From positions 102,674,001 to 102,738,000 of the forward strand of contig NC_087437.1 of the NCBI RefSeq assembly GCF_036321535.1: 64,000 nt of DNA, in the 5' to 3' direction. The translations under genes and the position numbers were made by a program. The notes beneath the pieces are model-generated. The model was given only the letters and a program-made list of their open reading frames with translations, was not told the DNA's origin and did no database searches. Below are positions 13,615 to 25,869 of this stretch, piece after piece. The DNA is from Camelus dromedarius (taxonomy: Eukaryota). The number at the start of each line of letters is the position of its first letter. Positions within the stretch are counted from its first letter, which is position 1.

Positions 13615-14417
13615 TGATATTCTATGCCCATTTTCAATGCGTGGGTACCCCCCTCCTCAGCCACACACACAACCAAGCAATTCTTAGACACCCAATGGAT
13701 AATTCAACTCAACCCTGATACTACCTACCTAGAGACAGCATCAGATCCCACCAGTTAAGGGCTCAGTCCCATAGGACTATCCCCACCTGCACTCAGATGA
13801 CAATCACAAATCCAGGAAGTCACCCATGCTTCTGGCTGTAGATTGCAGATTTCTATAACCTCCTCCATGGATTTGAGTAATTTGCTAGAGCATCTCACAG
13901 AACTCAGAGAAACATTTTACTCACTACATTATTGGTTTATTATAAAAGGTTATAACTCAGGAAGAGTACAGATGGAAGAGATGAATAGGACAAGATCTGG
14001 AGAAAGGATGGGGAGCTTCTATGCAGTCCCTAAGCAGGACACTGTCCCAGCACCTCCACATGGTCATCAACCCAGAAGCTCTCCAAACCCCATCCTTTTC
14101 AGTTTTTATGGAGGCTTCACTGCATAGACATAGTTGATTGAATTATCAACCATTGATCTCTGATTCAACATCCAGCCTCTCTCTCTGCACCAGAGGTCAG
14201 GGGGATGGGATTAAAAATTCCAACCCTCTGATCTCCAGTTGGTTCTCCCGGTGCCCAGCCCCCATTTTTGCGTGGAATCCAAAGTCACCTCACTAACATA
14301 ACACGAGGCATTTGTTGCTCTCATCACCTAGGAACTTCTAAGGGTTTTAAGAACTCTCTGCCAAGACCAGGGACAAAGGCCAAGTATGCATCCCTTATTT
14401 TAAATCACAATGTCACA
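13615..14417 (-). mobile_element. MER21-type solo LTR
   Basis: The reverse complement begins tgtgacattgtgatttaaaataag...gagttcttaaaacccttagaagttcc, like MER21; internal cagatcccaccagttaagggctcagtccc; 5-bp TSD CTCAT at 13610-13614 and 14418-14422. Confidence 0.92.
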
Positions 14418-14632
14418 CTCATTTATGATATTTTAATGTCAAGGCCTGTAAATGAATATATCATTTCTATCCAAACCACAATTGGCCTGAATTCATTTAT
14501 GTGATTGTTTATAACTGCAAGAAAAATTGTGAAATGTGGTCTCTGGCTATGTGTTAATTTTAAACTCTGGTAGGGAGATTCATCAATTAAAAGGAAGAAG
14601 TAGAGAATGTACATTAGGAGATAGGTAGGTAG

Positions 14633-15130
14633 TGTGAATGAAAAATACTGCAAACCACATCAGTAAACATAGAATACTGAAGCCATCAAGTCATCAGCGG
14701 CTGCCGCCACCCCGCAGTGAAGAGAAGCCTGCAGCCCGGCCTCTGCAGCCACTCACAATGGTGCACCTTGAGGGGACTCAGAATAAGAAAGGACAGGATA
14801 CTGGCCCTAGATAGCAAGGTGCTTGTCAAAGGAGTGAATTCAGTGAGCCCAAATGTTTGCTTCCTCCCATACACAGAAAAGCACTAAATTCTTTAACTTG
14901 AGATGCCTCGTTTTCTTTAGATAACAAGTAATCTTTTATTGTTTCAACTACCCGGTCTTTGTTGTAAAGCTGCTATATTTCCTAGCTCCTCCCCTACCTC
15001 TTGGGAGCAGTCCCTCAGAGCCATCTGAGAGGCTGTCATCCTGGGCTCAAAGGGGTTCGAGCCCTCAGAAATGTCCTACAAATAAAACGTAACTCTCCAA
15101 TTTTAGGCTGTGCATTTATTTCAGTCGACA
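14633..15130 (+). mobile_element. ERV1-class solo LTR (498 bp)
   Basis: TG...CA termini (tgtgaatg...gtcgaca); 4-bp TSD GTAG at 14629-14632 and 15131-15134; TATA-like at 14974; AATAAA at 15081-15086. Confidence 0.9.
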
Positions 15131-15443
15131 GTAGGTAGGTATATCTGTCTTTCTGATGTTTAGCAAAGTTTTAAACTTGTCTGAATTTTTTTCCTTTTTC
15201 CTTTTAGTCTATTCCTACTCCAAATTACTTGGAGGAGAGTAAAGGATATCAGTATGAGTTGAGTTCAGAATGTTATCATTTGACTGTGCTAAAATCAGGA
15301 GTCTAAATCATTGTTTCTAATTCTGCCCATTTTGTCTTTTGAGACTTAAATCTTAGAAAGCAGTCAGAGTTAATTGTCTTTGTAAGAGTTGCCAATTACA
15401 TCGTTAGGCATATTTTCCAAAATTGTCTTGTTATACTTTCCAT

Positions 15444-15777
15444 TGTTGACTTGAAGAAAATAAGCTGCCAGCTATTTCTTCAACAAAGATGGATTTATTT
15501 GCGATCAGCAGAGAATTGCAATTCATAGTCCACAACTATGGTGAGCCGTGTGCAAATTCCCATATAGCCAAGGAAGGGAAATATTTTTACAGAGTGGAAA
15601 AAAAATAGGAGGGCTGTAGTAAACAAAGAGTCTATGGTTTTTCATTGGCTGAATCCTTGTCAGAAAAGAGCAATCCTTCTTCTTCCTTTGGGCTCTGCTA
15701 TTGTCATAGGATGAGAGAGCTCCTCCTTCTGATCTCTCAATTCTATTTAATTGAGGTTTTGGTTTATTAATTTTGTA
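15444..15777 (-). mobile_element. 3' LTR of a class I ERV
   Basis: On the minus strand it ends ...gtcaaca; AATAAA (plus tttatt 15494-15499); CCAAT (plus attgg 15644-15648); preceded by a polypurine tract (plus tttcttccttttg 15778-15790). Confidence 0.8.
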
Positions 15778-15885
15778 TTTCTTCCTTTTGCTCATACTCT
15801 TTTTTTTTTTTTTTTTTTTCTGAAGGCATCTCTGATTAAGGGTCAGTTTTTCTGGTTTCAGTAGCTTTTTGTCCCTCAATCCCAA

Positions 15886-16524
15886 TGAGACAGGAAGAGG
15901 GCAGGGCACAGCCATTCAAGGAATGACAGCAATTAACATCAAAATAGTGGAAGATACAACCCCCAGTAGGCCTTGAGGCTCAAGATGGTGGGAGATTTAA
16001 CTTCTACCAGATCTTGAGCTTCATTATACGCCCATTGTAATATATTAACAAGGTAAATAACATGCCCGCAGGAGCCATGGCAGTCCCAAGGCTAGCCACA
16101 AAAGGTCAAAGAGTGGGAAATGGCCAACTTCCTAGGAATCCCAGCCCCTTCCCCAGGCTAGTTTGACTGGTCCTTACACTTATTAGCATATGAAGCCACC
16201 AAACCCATAAAAACTGGCAACAGGGCGCCTTATGGCCGCAGCCTTCTGTCTCTCCCCCGACTCTGAGACAGCCCGCACTCTATCTATGGAGTGTGTACCT
16301 ACTTTTACTCTAATCTGAACACCCAACCCCCACACCTCATGGCCTTTCTCTTGCCTTTTGATGTAACTCTCTAAATAAATCTATCTTTACTCAACTGTGG
16401 CTCACTCTTGAATTCTCTCCTGCATGAAGCCAAGGACCCACACTTGGCGGGGCACATCCCAGTGGGTCAACCGAAGCCTGGGACACGGCCCTCCTCATGC
16501 TCCACATCCATTTTTCCTGCATCA
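15886..16524 (+). mobile_element. MER41-like ERV1 solo LTR nested in the ERV
   Basis: TG...CA termini; 4-bp TSD CCAA at 15882-15885 and 16525-16528; MER41-like blocks ttagcatatgaa...cccataaaaactggcaac, ctatctatggagt, ttgaattctctcctgcatgaagccaaggaccc; AATAAA at 16374-16379. Confidence 0.9.
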
Positions 16525-16769
16525 CCAAGAAGGAACTTTCTTGGGTGTAATGTCCAATGTTAGAGGGAACGTGTGCAGATGGGAATCAAAGTCATGAACA
16601 CTGGAGATCATCTGAAGCATATGTCGTTATCAAAATTTTGGTGACAAACTTTCAACAGACTAGTCTGGCCATCTTGAGAAAGCTGTCTCATCAGATGCCA
16701 TCTGTTTGAATTTTGGAATATCTTTACTTTCAGGTCACAGAAGTTATGTAGGTCCAGTTAGGGTTCCAC

Positions 16770-18735
16770 ACTCTAGGTGTGTCACATAAATCCAAGAGTT
16801 TATTCCTTGGAGTTTGGCAGAACAAAGGTTGGTTAGCAATATCAATAGGGGCTTTTCCAGTGAATTTTAAGAGTCCTTCTGGAGATGTCTTTTCCAATAG
16901 ACAAATACCAGTTTGCAAGGTGTGATGCTTAAGGTCTTTGTCTCCCAAGAGATCATGGTGAAAATTTTGGTCTGCCAAATCATAGGTATTTTTAATTGAC
17001 TCAATTAGGCCTTTGTAATGTTGGAGAACTTCTCCTTTCATCAATGCACTGGGCATCCAGCAACTATTTGGAAGGGGAAGATCTGAGTTCCACAAGGGGT
17101 GGTTCTGAGATTTAGAGGGACCAATGGTAATGCATTTGACCAAGGTATTTGAAGGGTCTCTACAAATTTTGCTAATTGGATCTTAATAATGTTGTTAGTA
17201 TGTCAACAAAACCAGAAGATTGAGGATGGTAATGAGTACAGTGACAGTGTTATAAAGCCAGGCAGAGGGCATAGACTTGGTAAAACACCTGGCCAGTAAA
17301 ATGGATTCCTTGACTACTCTGATGTTCAAGAGGACTTCCCCAGGTCAGGATAATCATTTCCAAAAGGACTTCAGTCACAGAAAAGGCAATAGCCTATCTT
17401 TGAGGGAAGGCTTTAGCCCAGTATGAAAACATACAGATCATGACTAAACCATATTTATATCCATTAGACAGAGTATGGTGTATGAAAATCCATTTACCAG
17501 AACCAGAGTGATCCATTAGGTAGTTTTAAAATGTCAGGGAGCATTATGAACAGGCTTCCTTTGTTTTATTTGGACAAGCAGAATGAGAAAGGTAGGCACT
17601 TTTTGTGGCCCAATAAATGTTTCCCCACCAATGCTGATTAGCAAAGGCAATCATTTTGTTAGTAGACTAATGGTGTAATGCATGTAGAGCAGTGAGGAGT
17701 AGGAATTTTAGTGTCTCTGGTAGGACTCTAAATGCTATTTGGCTTAAACCAGAGCTCACTTTTTTTCATCAAACCTATAATTGTTGGATTTCCAATATTA
17801 TTTTTCCTCCTTGGAGGCCATTTGTTGGATTTCTGTAGTCAGTTTCCCTAAGTTATTATTTGAGGAAATATCCCTTTGGACCAAGAAAATTTGACTGCTG
17901 TTGGTCCCTTTAAGGGCAGCATTCCTTGCAAAAATATCACCAAGTTGATTTCCCTTAGTGTCCAGAGAGTCAAATTTAGAATGCCCCAGAATCCCAATAT
18001 AGCTAGAGCAACAGGTAAAAGTATTGCATCCAATAATTCCTGAATACTGAAGCTATTGTTTATTTTATTTCCATTGGAAGTATGGAAGCCATGTTGCTTC
18101 CACAACATTCCAAAATCATGAGTTGCTCCAAAAGCATATCTACTATCAGTGTCAATATTGGCACTTCTGTACTTGACTACAGCACAAACCCACGTCAAAG
18201 CATATAATTCAGCCATTGGGCTGAAGTAGCCATAGGTAAAGGTGCTGCCTTAACAACATCAAAGGAATCATAATAGCATACTTTGCACAATATTTGCCAC
18301 TGTCACCTTTAAAATAAGATTCATCAGTGAACCATGAGTAGCTACTTTATCCAAAGGAATTTTCTTTAGCTCATCACAAGGAGTCAGGAGATGTTGGGTG
18401 GCCATGAGGGACTTCGTAGGTGAGGGAGGGTGATGGAGGGTAGAAAAGTAGCCAGGTTAAGGTTATGTAGAAGAGTTCTGTGTGGAGCAAGTAACAAATG
18501 GAAAGCATAGGAAGTGATGCTGCTGGATGAGAAATGCTGAATGTGAGAGAATTCAGGACAGCTTCTACTGCATGACATACAAACATAATTCAAGGGGATC
18601 CTACATGGATTTTCTCAGCACAGTGACTCTGATGGCTAAGTCAAGGTGTCTGCCACATCACAGTGTCCAGTTATTGGGTTGATGATGGTCCTCCTGTTTT
18701 GGGGGTGAGAACCTCAAGGGCATTACTTTCTTTGG
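16770..18735 (-). pseudogene. pol: Decayed retroviral pol (RT connection, RNase H, integrase) with many stops and frameshifts
   Basis: KESNALEVLT (about 18705-18733); HAVEAVLNS; WFTDESYFKGDSGKYCA (starts 18334); AELYALT...TDSRYAFGATHDFGMLWKQHGF (ORF 17848-18216); HFTGQV; HYHPQSSG (17211-17234); VYWKRHLQKDS; HWKSPY; AKLQGINSWIYVTHL (about 16774-16818). Confidence 0.95.
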
Positions 18736-18892
18736 ATATCAAAATAATAGCAGCTGTTACAATTTTTACATGAGGGGAAAGACACTGTCCAAAGGAGGAT
18801 AATGAGAAAGTACTTTCCTACAGTCCTCAGCAAACACCTTCATAACGCACTGTCACAAATTGGACCATAGGTCCGTTCCTGTACCAAACGGT

Positions 18893-19016
18893 ACAGTGAC
18901 CTTACATTCCAGTTTTCCCCAAAGTGTTGTTGTTATCTGTTATTTTGTCATAATTAGTGCTCCCTTTCAATCTTAAAAATTGTCACAATTGGGTAATACA
19001 TTTTACCACCATTCTA
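18893..19016 (+). mobile_element. MER94-like hAT MITE
   Basis: gtgacc...ccagtttt...taattagtgctccctttcaatcttaaaaattgtcacaattgggtaat resembles the recalled MER94 consensus. Confidence 0.6.
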
Positions 19017-19198
19017 TCCAAAGTCAATCTGGTCAAACCCTGAAATTTGGGATGGGATCAGCTTTTGTCAGGACATGTATGTATAATGAAGAAAGAGGGA
19101 TATATGAATGAAATATTCACTTCAAGATTCTTTAAGAAAGAGAAAAAATGGGATGCCAGTCAGAAATCACCAATGTCCTTCAAGCTATCTCTTCCTGA

Positions 19199-19783
19199 TG
19201 TTGTGGGCTGAATTTTGCCCCATGCCTAATTGATATGTTGAAGCTCTAACTCCCACTGTGACTGTATTTGGAGGTAATAATATAGTGAGATCATGAGGAT
19301 GGGATCTTAATCCAATAGGATCAGTGTTCTTATAAGAAGAGAAAGAGACACCAGAAGTCCCCCTCTTTCTTTGCACACAGAGAAGAAGCCATGTGAGGAC
19401 ACGATGAGAAGGTGGCTTCTACAAACCGGGAGAAGAGCTCTCACCAGAACCTAACCCTGCAAATGTTGGCCACTATATATAAAACTAGGTTAAAAAAATC
19501 TCTTCTGCATACAACAGGGAACTATATTGTAATAACCTTTCATGAAAAAGAATATGAAAATGAATATATGTATGTATATGCATATACATTGTGCTGTATG
19601 CCAGAAATTGATACATTGTAACTGACTATACTTCAATAAATAAAAAAATAAGTAAATAAACCAGCCCTGAAGATATCCTGATCTTGAACTTCCACCCTCC
19701 AGAACTGTGGGAAAATAAATTTTTATTGTTTAGGCCACCCATTCTGTAAGATTTTGTTAGGACAGCCTGAGTAGATTGACACA
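19199..19783 (+). mobile_element. MLT1A/A0 MaLR solo LTR interrupted by L1
   Basis: tgttgtgggctgaatt...gccatgtgaggacac...ctgatcttgaacttccaccctccagaactgtgggaaaataaatt. Confidence 0.92.
19458..19660 (+). mobile_element. Short young L1 3' end inserted in MLT1A
   Basis: tgcaaatgttggccactatatataaaa...gctgtatgccagaaattgatacattgtaactgactatacttcaataaataaaaaaa; degenerate TSD aacctaaccctg / aaccagccctg. Confidence 0.9.
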
Positions 19784-20669
19784 CCCGCTGTATATTGTCT
19801 TCTCTTCTGAGTACATGGGAGTTCATCCGCGATGCTGGGCCCTTTCAATGGTGGACACTTATGGGGAGCACAGGCTCTTATTTTCTATTTTTTCCACTCC
19901 ATCTGCCTCTGCATTTAGGATTCTCTGGGTCTCTGATTATGGAACTAAGCCCTCCACTCTTTGGATGAAGAGGCTGAACATACAACTGCCTGACAGTCCC
20001 CAAGCTTTTAAAATGCCATATGCTGTGCATTTATTCTTGGATAGTTGTGACCCACTTTAGACTTCCTCTCTGCCCCACTTACGAGTTGACTGATGTGTGG
20101 TAGCTTGAATGGGCTCCATATAAATTTTGTCTGGTGTTACAATAAAAAACAGAGAAGCTCTCAATATGTGCTAAAAGAATGCTAAGAAGAACTTACAAGA
20201 GAAAGGCTAAATGAATTATAATGAAATTCATGTTCCAAATTTGAGAAAGGGATGCTTTTTAAACATAACCTCAACTTGGGACTTCCTAATGTTTGTTCCA
20301 ATGTACCTATTTCTACGCACTTTTCCCCCCTCCTAGTTAAAAAGCCTTTTTGATGGAGAACATCACTTCCCATATGCTGTATTTGTTTAAATAGAGAATC
20401 TCTGCTTAAATTCCCCTAGGATTCTATTAGATTTGCTTTCCTTCAAGTTTGCTATGAAGGCATATTTACCAAGATAGTGACTTCCTAATCTAGTCATTTT
20501 AAATTTAATGTACAAGTTCTGGAAAACACAGGGCAGGAGTGGGTGGAAGGCTTATGCTGGATATGCACAATTAGGCTGGGCTGGGACTGTCACCACTTAA
20601 TTGTTAGCGCTGCAGTTCATTGGCTTCTAAAGATTTTATTTACACACCACTATTGAGGATGCAAAAGGG

Positions 20670-20919
20670 TATTTTTGACATGCCTGGGAGGATCTGGGAG
20701 AGCAACATACAACAAAATACACTAGTACTTCTACTGTAAAACATGCATGTCCACACTAAGTATGATAAAGGTTATAAGGTCAAGTCAGTTTTTGCTTCTG
20801 AAAGAGTTTAGGTCAGGTTGAATTTGCTCTGAGTTAACTTTTTGTTAACTTGTTCCTTTAAGCTTTTCGTTTTCAAAGAGTTATGGATTTTAGAATTAGA
20901 TAAGGGATTATAGACCTGC
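20670..20919. mobile_element. TcMar/Tigger-type MITE (partial)
   Basis: Ends ttttcgttttcaaagagttatggattttagaattagataagggattatagacctg; appears to be the same family as 60230-60560. Confidence 0.6.
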
Positions 20920-20924
20920 AATAT

Positions 20925-21030
20925 CTTCACATCCCACATTTATGAGGAAGAAACTGAGACCAAGTGAGTAAAGGAACACATTCAGGGTACCACAGCTGCT
21001 ACCTGATGAAGGCATCATTCACATTCCTGC
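20925..21030 (-). mobile_element. MIR
   Basis: cccacatttatgaggaagaaactgagac...gtaaaggaac...cacagct. Confidence 0.65.
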
Positions 21031-21059
21031 CGTGCAGACTTATCACATCATCTCAGTGA

Positions 21060-21450
21060 TAATGAATAACAGAGCAGAGAAGTCTACTCTCTTTAGTGGA
21101 GTGAGGATGTGTCTTGGAAGAGGTGGCATTTGAGCTTCACTGTGTTGGATTTTTATAAATGTGTTACTTACTCTATACTTTTCCTCACCAACTAAATTAA
21201 ACACAGCTAGCGAGGGAAAGAGATTCAAATGTAACCTTTGGATGAGTTTGGCTGGGACAGACATTTGGAAATAGGACTAGAAAGGGAGGGTGGACCAGAT
21301 TTTAGACTTTAAGCATTAGATTAAAGCTTGGAAATGCAGACACGATCCTGGAATAAACAGTAACAGGGAAAAAGGCTGAATAATAAAATGGTGTGTCAGA
21401 GTGGTGGTAGGTAATGAGTGAACAATACATGAATAGTGACTAAGGGAGGA
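21060..21450 (-). mobile_element. L2 remnant
   Basis: ggaagaggtggcatttgagctt and a downstream purine-rich antisense L2 pattern. Confidence 0.5.
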
Positions 21451-22556
21451 ATCTTTATATATGTACATATGTGAACATCTTTATATACAGAACTTCCATA
21501 ACTAAACCAAAATAGTTACTTGCAGTCTCCATCAAACCCTGCCTTCCAAATCATTGCATATATTTACATGAACACTGGCTCCTACTGTTAACAAATCAGC
21601 TTTGTACTAGGTTCATGATTATCAACATATGCCATGGTTCTTATCAATTATGGTACAGTCCAGGGTAAAGATTGTGCTACAAACATCACATGTACATTTT
21701 TAGTAGCGTTCTAATCAATGTTTGGTATTTAGTTAGTACTTTGATTAGTTTAAGGATTCACTGTTAAAAATGATAATATTATGGGAAGTGTCTGAGATAG
21801 CTGGTTATCTCTCAAGCTTCCAAATTGTAATCCTGTGACATAAAAGCAACCAACTGGATTGATTTAAGGATCCTGTCTGAAGACATCAGTCACTCAGTAA
21901 AAATGTAATGCATTGAGTTAACTAAAACCATAATGTTCCTATGGGAGAAGGGGTAAGGAAGTAATATAAATTAAATAGAAAATATCCTTTCTCTATGTAT
22001 TGAAATAAATCAAGATCAAGCACAGAAAGGGAGTCAGACAAAATAAGGTGTCAAAATCTATAATGAAATATCAAAATTGTAGAAGGAGTTAATAAAAATG
22101 TGTTAGCTGTGGGTTACAAGTTGTGGTTGCTTTTGTTATCGGTATATAAGAGAATTAACTATGGTAGCCCTCAAATAACACCAGGATAATTAAAGTTCTG
22201 TCAGGTTTCCTATTATAAAGGCCAGTCTTTCATGCTCAGCCATATAATTTGACTCAAGGATGAAATTTAAGACTCAGCTGAAGGCCAAGAAATTTTAGTG
22301 TGTAAATGAGATATCTTGAGTAAAAATGTACTCACACTCTATGTATATGTGCGTATCTACCTACATATGAGTATTTATGTCTATGTAGGTGTGTAAATGT
22401 GTATACATATTTTTAAAAAGAAAGAAAAATAATAATGTATAATAATATAAGGTTTTAGAAGTTCATTTGTTGTGAAAACTTTAGAGTTTACTCAGCTAAT
22501 CTGTAATCATTTGTTTATGAGCTACTATTCTTTTTGTTGTTTTTTGCCAGAAGCCT

Positions 22557-22580
22557 TGTGTGTGTGTGTGTGTGTGTGTG
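22557..22580. repeat. (TG)12 microsatellite
   Basis: Directly visible. Confidence 0.97.
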
Positions 22581-22921
22581 ACATTTTTCCCCTTGAAAAT
22601 TAAGTTCATTTACAGAAATTTATCTTACATAGTTCATAGTCATGCTTTATCAAGTTTTCCATTTATCTTTGACTTGTTTCTCACTTTCCCACCAACTCTG
22701 AAGGGTGTTTTGGAGTTTAAACATTCAATTGTCAGTGCTGTTTAATATTTTAAAGGTGCAGACAACGTGCTATCCCCCAAAACAGACAAACCTTTGACAG
22801 ACCTTGAACGGACCCATCCCATCAGTCATGCTTATGCGTAATTCATTAAAGGATTTTTTTCTTAATCCCAAGTTAATTTTTCATGTTTCTACTTTTCATT
22901 ATTGTTCTTTATTTTACTCAC

Positions 22922-22970
22922 TTCTGGTGTACATTATGCTGTAACTGACTACACTTCAATTAAAAAAAAC
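22922..22970 (+). mobile_element. Tiny rearranged L1 3' tail
   Basis: acattatgctgta-actgactacacttcaattaaaaaaaa matches the other L1 tails in this window. Confidence 0.7.
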
Positions 22971-23734
22971 ATAAATAATGCCTGGGACATAAAAAAATAA
23001 AATTTGAAGTAAAAAATTGAAATGGGCAAGTAAGCAAAAGGAAGGTCATCATGTAGAGCACTTTTCCCTGGGTACTTTCATGTTTGTCCTATGTCCCAGG
23101 TCCTACAAGAGGGTGGTTAAGAAGAGTGAGACATTTTTCTATGCAACATTCGTAGATAAATAACATGTTTTGCAAAGTTAAGCTGCTTGATTGTGGTGAA
23201 TTTCAAGTACAAGCTAAATATAATTCCCAGATGGACATATTTATGCACATTATCCATTATTAGCTTCTGTACAATATTAAATAAAAAGCAATTCCAAGCA
23301 TCTTGGCATGAATTAAAAATATGGATGCCATCATACTATTGATTACTGTTCTACATGGTCACACGTTAATATGCACAGTAATGCAAAAGTAATATGCTGA
23401 GACTCCTTCAATAATACACGCCATTCTGAAAAAGCTAAGATACATTTTTGTACAAAATTCATACACTATATCCACTATCACATGGAAAAAAGTGATCTAT
23501 TTCAAATATAATTCTCTATTACACAATATAGTTAGAATTCCTCTGTGGAGTAGTCCCAGCCTTTTTACATAGTTTGGAATAGTAACAAGATTTTTATAAT
23601 ACAGAATGCACCCTGTTGTTATTAATAGTAATAGTCTCTACTATAAATCACATCACTGTTGAGCATTTAGCATATGCCATCTCTAATTTTCACAGAAATG
23701 TCCTGTGTGTTAAGCAAGCTCAAAAATTTCAGTC

Positions 23735-23865
23735 ATGATACGTTGTTGAAAATCCATCACTATGCGAGCCATTGTGCCAGGTGCAGGAGAAACCAAGAGA
23801 AAATCATTTCAGAGCTCTCTGACCTCAAGATGCCGATCATCTAACTAGGGAGACAGATTACAAAA
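23735..23865 (-). mobile_element. L2 3' fragment
   Basis: gccattgtgccaggtgcaggaga...ctgacctcaagatgc...ctaactagggagacaga. Confidence 0.7.
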
Positions 23866-25869
23866 ATAGGATGTCTACCAACCCAAAGCTTCTCTCATTA
23901 CAGTGTCTTAAATATTTTAGAAGCCTCCTAGCTACTCATTTCACTTTTATTTGTCAAAAAAAAATTTCCAGTTTACATGATACATATATGTGTACAAATT
24001 TTTACACAGACAAAAATAATTAATTTTATTAATCTTAATAGAATTAATATATGGAACTATATTAACCTAAATGAAAAATGAAAACTCAATCAAATTCAAT
24101 AACAAAGTTTAAAAATTCCATGTAACTTTCTTAGAGAAAATAAGGCACTAGCATTCAGAGTCTGTAATTGGCGTTGCTAAGGTAAGGAATTGTTATTGAG
24201 AAGCAATCATTTCTAAATACAACCAACCTTATTTCCAGTCAGAAAGTAACCACTATTTGCAAGCTACATTGGCCTGAATTTCCTGCTAACAAATGTGATA
24301 ATATAGAACTCTATGAAAATTAATGTTCCAATGAGAGCTCCAAAAATGATCTCCTCAAAAAATAATATTGGTGCATTAAAATAAAGAATTACACATTAAG
24401 TTTCAAGTTAAAACTCTCATAGCATTAATGCAAAAATAGGCTGTGATGTATTTACCCTATTTTTTAAAACACTTTTTTTAAAATGTCAGAAGATGTTTAG
24501 AGAAATTAATCTCTCCCAAGATTAAGATCACAGTGAGACTCATTTCTCAGACATTTCCACAGGTATTTCAAGCAAATAAACTGAAGTTTTATTTTGTTAT
24601 TATTTCAAAGAATTTCAGAAACAGTACTTAATTCTCATTATTGATACAAGGCAACTATTTTCACTGCTATTCATTATTTCATATATTTTTTGATTTGAGC
24701 TTTCATATTATTATGTACTCAGTTTGATTACATTTGAGACATCATGTGTTAGTAATTCATTTTTCATTGTCTTAGCCACCATTGTTTCATTGCTTTCTCT
24801 TCTCTTCTTTTTGCTTTTATTTCTACTTGAAAGACCTATTAGATTTTGTTAGGAATGTTCTTGGCAGGAAATGAGCCAAAGAGATACCAGCTCTGAAAGA
24901 CAAATATCTTTTCACAGCCCTCATGACACTACTTCTGACTTGTATACACAAATTTCTGTAGAGGGGGTTCCTGCTCTTAGATTGGTCTCTGACTGAGAAG
25001 AACAGAAGGATAAAATAGTGAATGCCCCATGCTAAAGACACCAGTTCTATTCATGACACAAGTATCTACAAGAGGGGGAGGCAGGGAACCAGCTGTAGGG
25101 GTGGCACATTCCACAGAGTCATGAACTGCTGAGATGCGGTGCACCCTCTGATGAAGGGCTAATATTTATCCTCTGTGCACTAGCTTGGCTGTCTGTGCTC
25201 GGTGACTCATGTGCATTCTGAGTGATGCCCCATTTTGACTGGTTGAGACCTAGGTGTTCAAGTTGTTGAATATCTTAAATATGACCCTTCCTCTGCTGGG
25301 TGGATTTGGGCAAATTAACCCCCTCTTAGCATCAGTCGTGAAACTTGAAATTGGACCCCTATGGGCTCCCAGTCCCAGACTAGTCTATATTTTGTGGTTT
25401 AGCTATAAATACAATGAGTAGGACTCAAGATGCAGAGTGGGAATTCCAGAGAGCCAATTTTTGTGAATATCACAACTCAGCCACTGGGTTAGAAGTTACA
25501 GTATCAACGATTTAAATAGAAATTGAGACTGGCAGACACCACAGGGTCTTATGCAGATGATTTTCTCTATTAAACAACTTGAGACTACATAGAGATGGGA
25601 GCCAGCTGGTTTTGTGAAATCAATCTTGCAGAGTATAAAGACTTATGTTAAACAGGTTCTTCTTTGACAATCTTGCCAAGCAACTCCAGGTTTCTTTAAC
25701 TGCGGAGCTAGAAATTTCCAAAATGTTAAGCCTACATTTTTGTTTGTGGTTTATTACTTTTGTTTCAGTAAAAAGGTGGAAATTGAGTCCAGCTGTTGGA
25801 CATAAAAACACTTTAGTGATGTAAGCAGACACAGCCAATATTAGTAATTTATTATTTTTCATCACAAGC

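Larger units (their letters stand above)
15778..18737 (-). mobile_element. Class I ERV internal region: env-less, 5'-deleted, interrupted by a solo LTR at 15886-16524
   Basis: Decayed pol on the minus strand followed by a short spacer, PPT and LTR; no gag, RT core or 5' LTR visible beyond about 18740. Confidence 0.9.

Noticed and set aside
15523..15915. 130-aa lysine-rich ORF
   Set aside because: Reads across LTR sequence and a poly(T) run; the poly-K is an artefact
16730..18216. ORFs 16730-17143 and 17848-18216 as functional or domesticated retroviral genes
   Set aside because: Fragments of a pol riddled with stops and frameshifts; no intact domain
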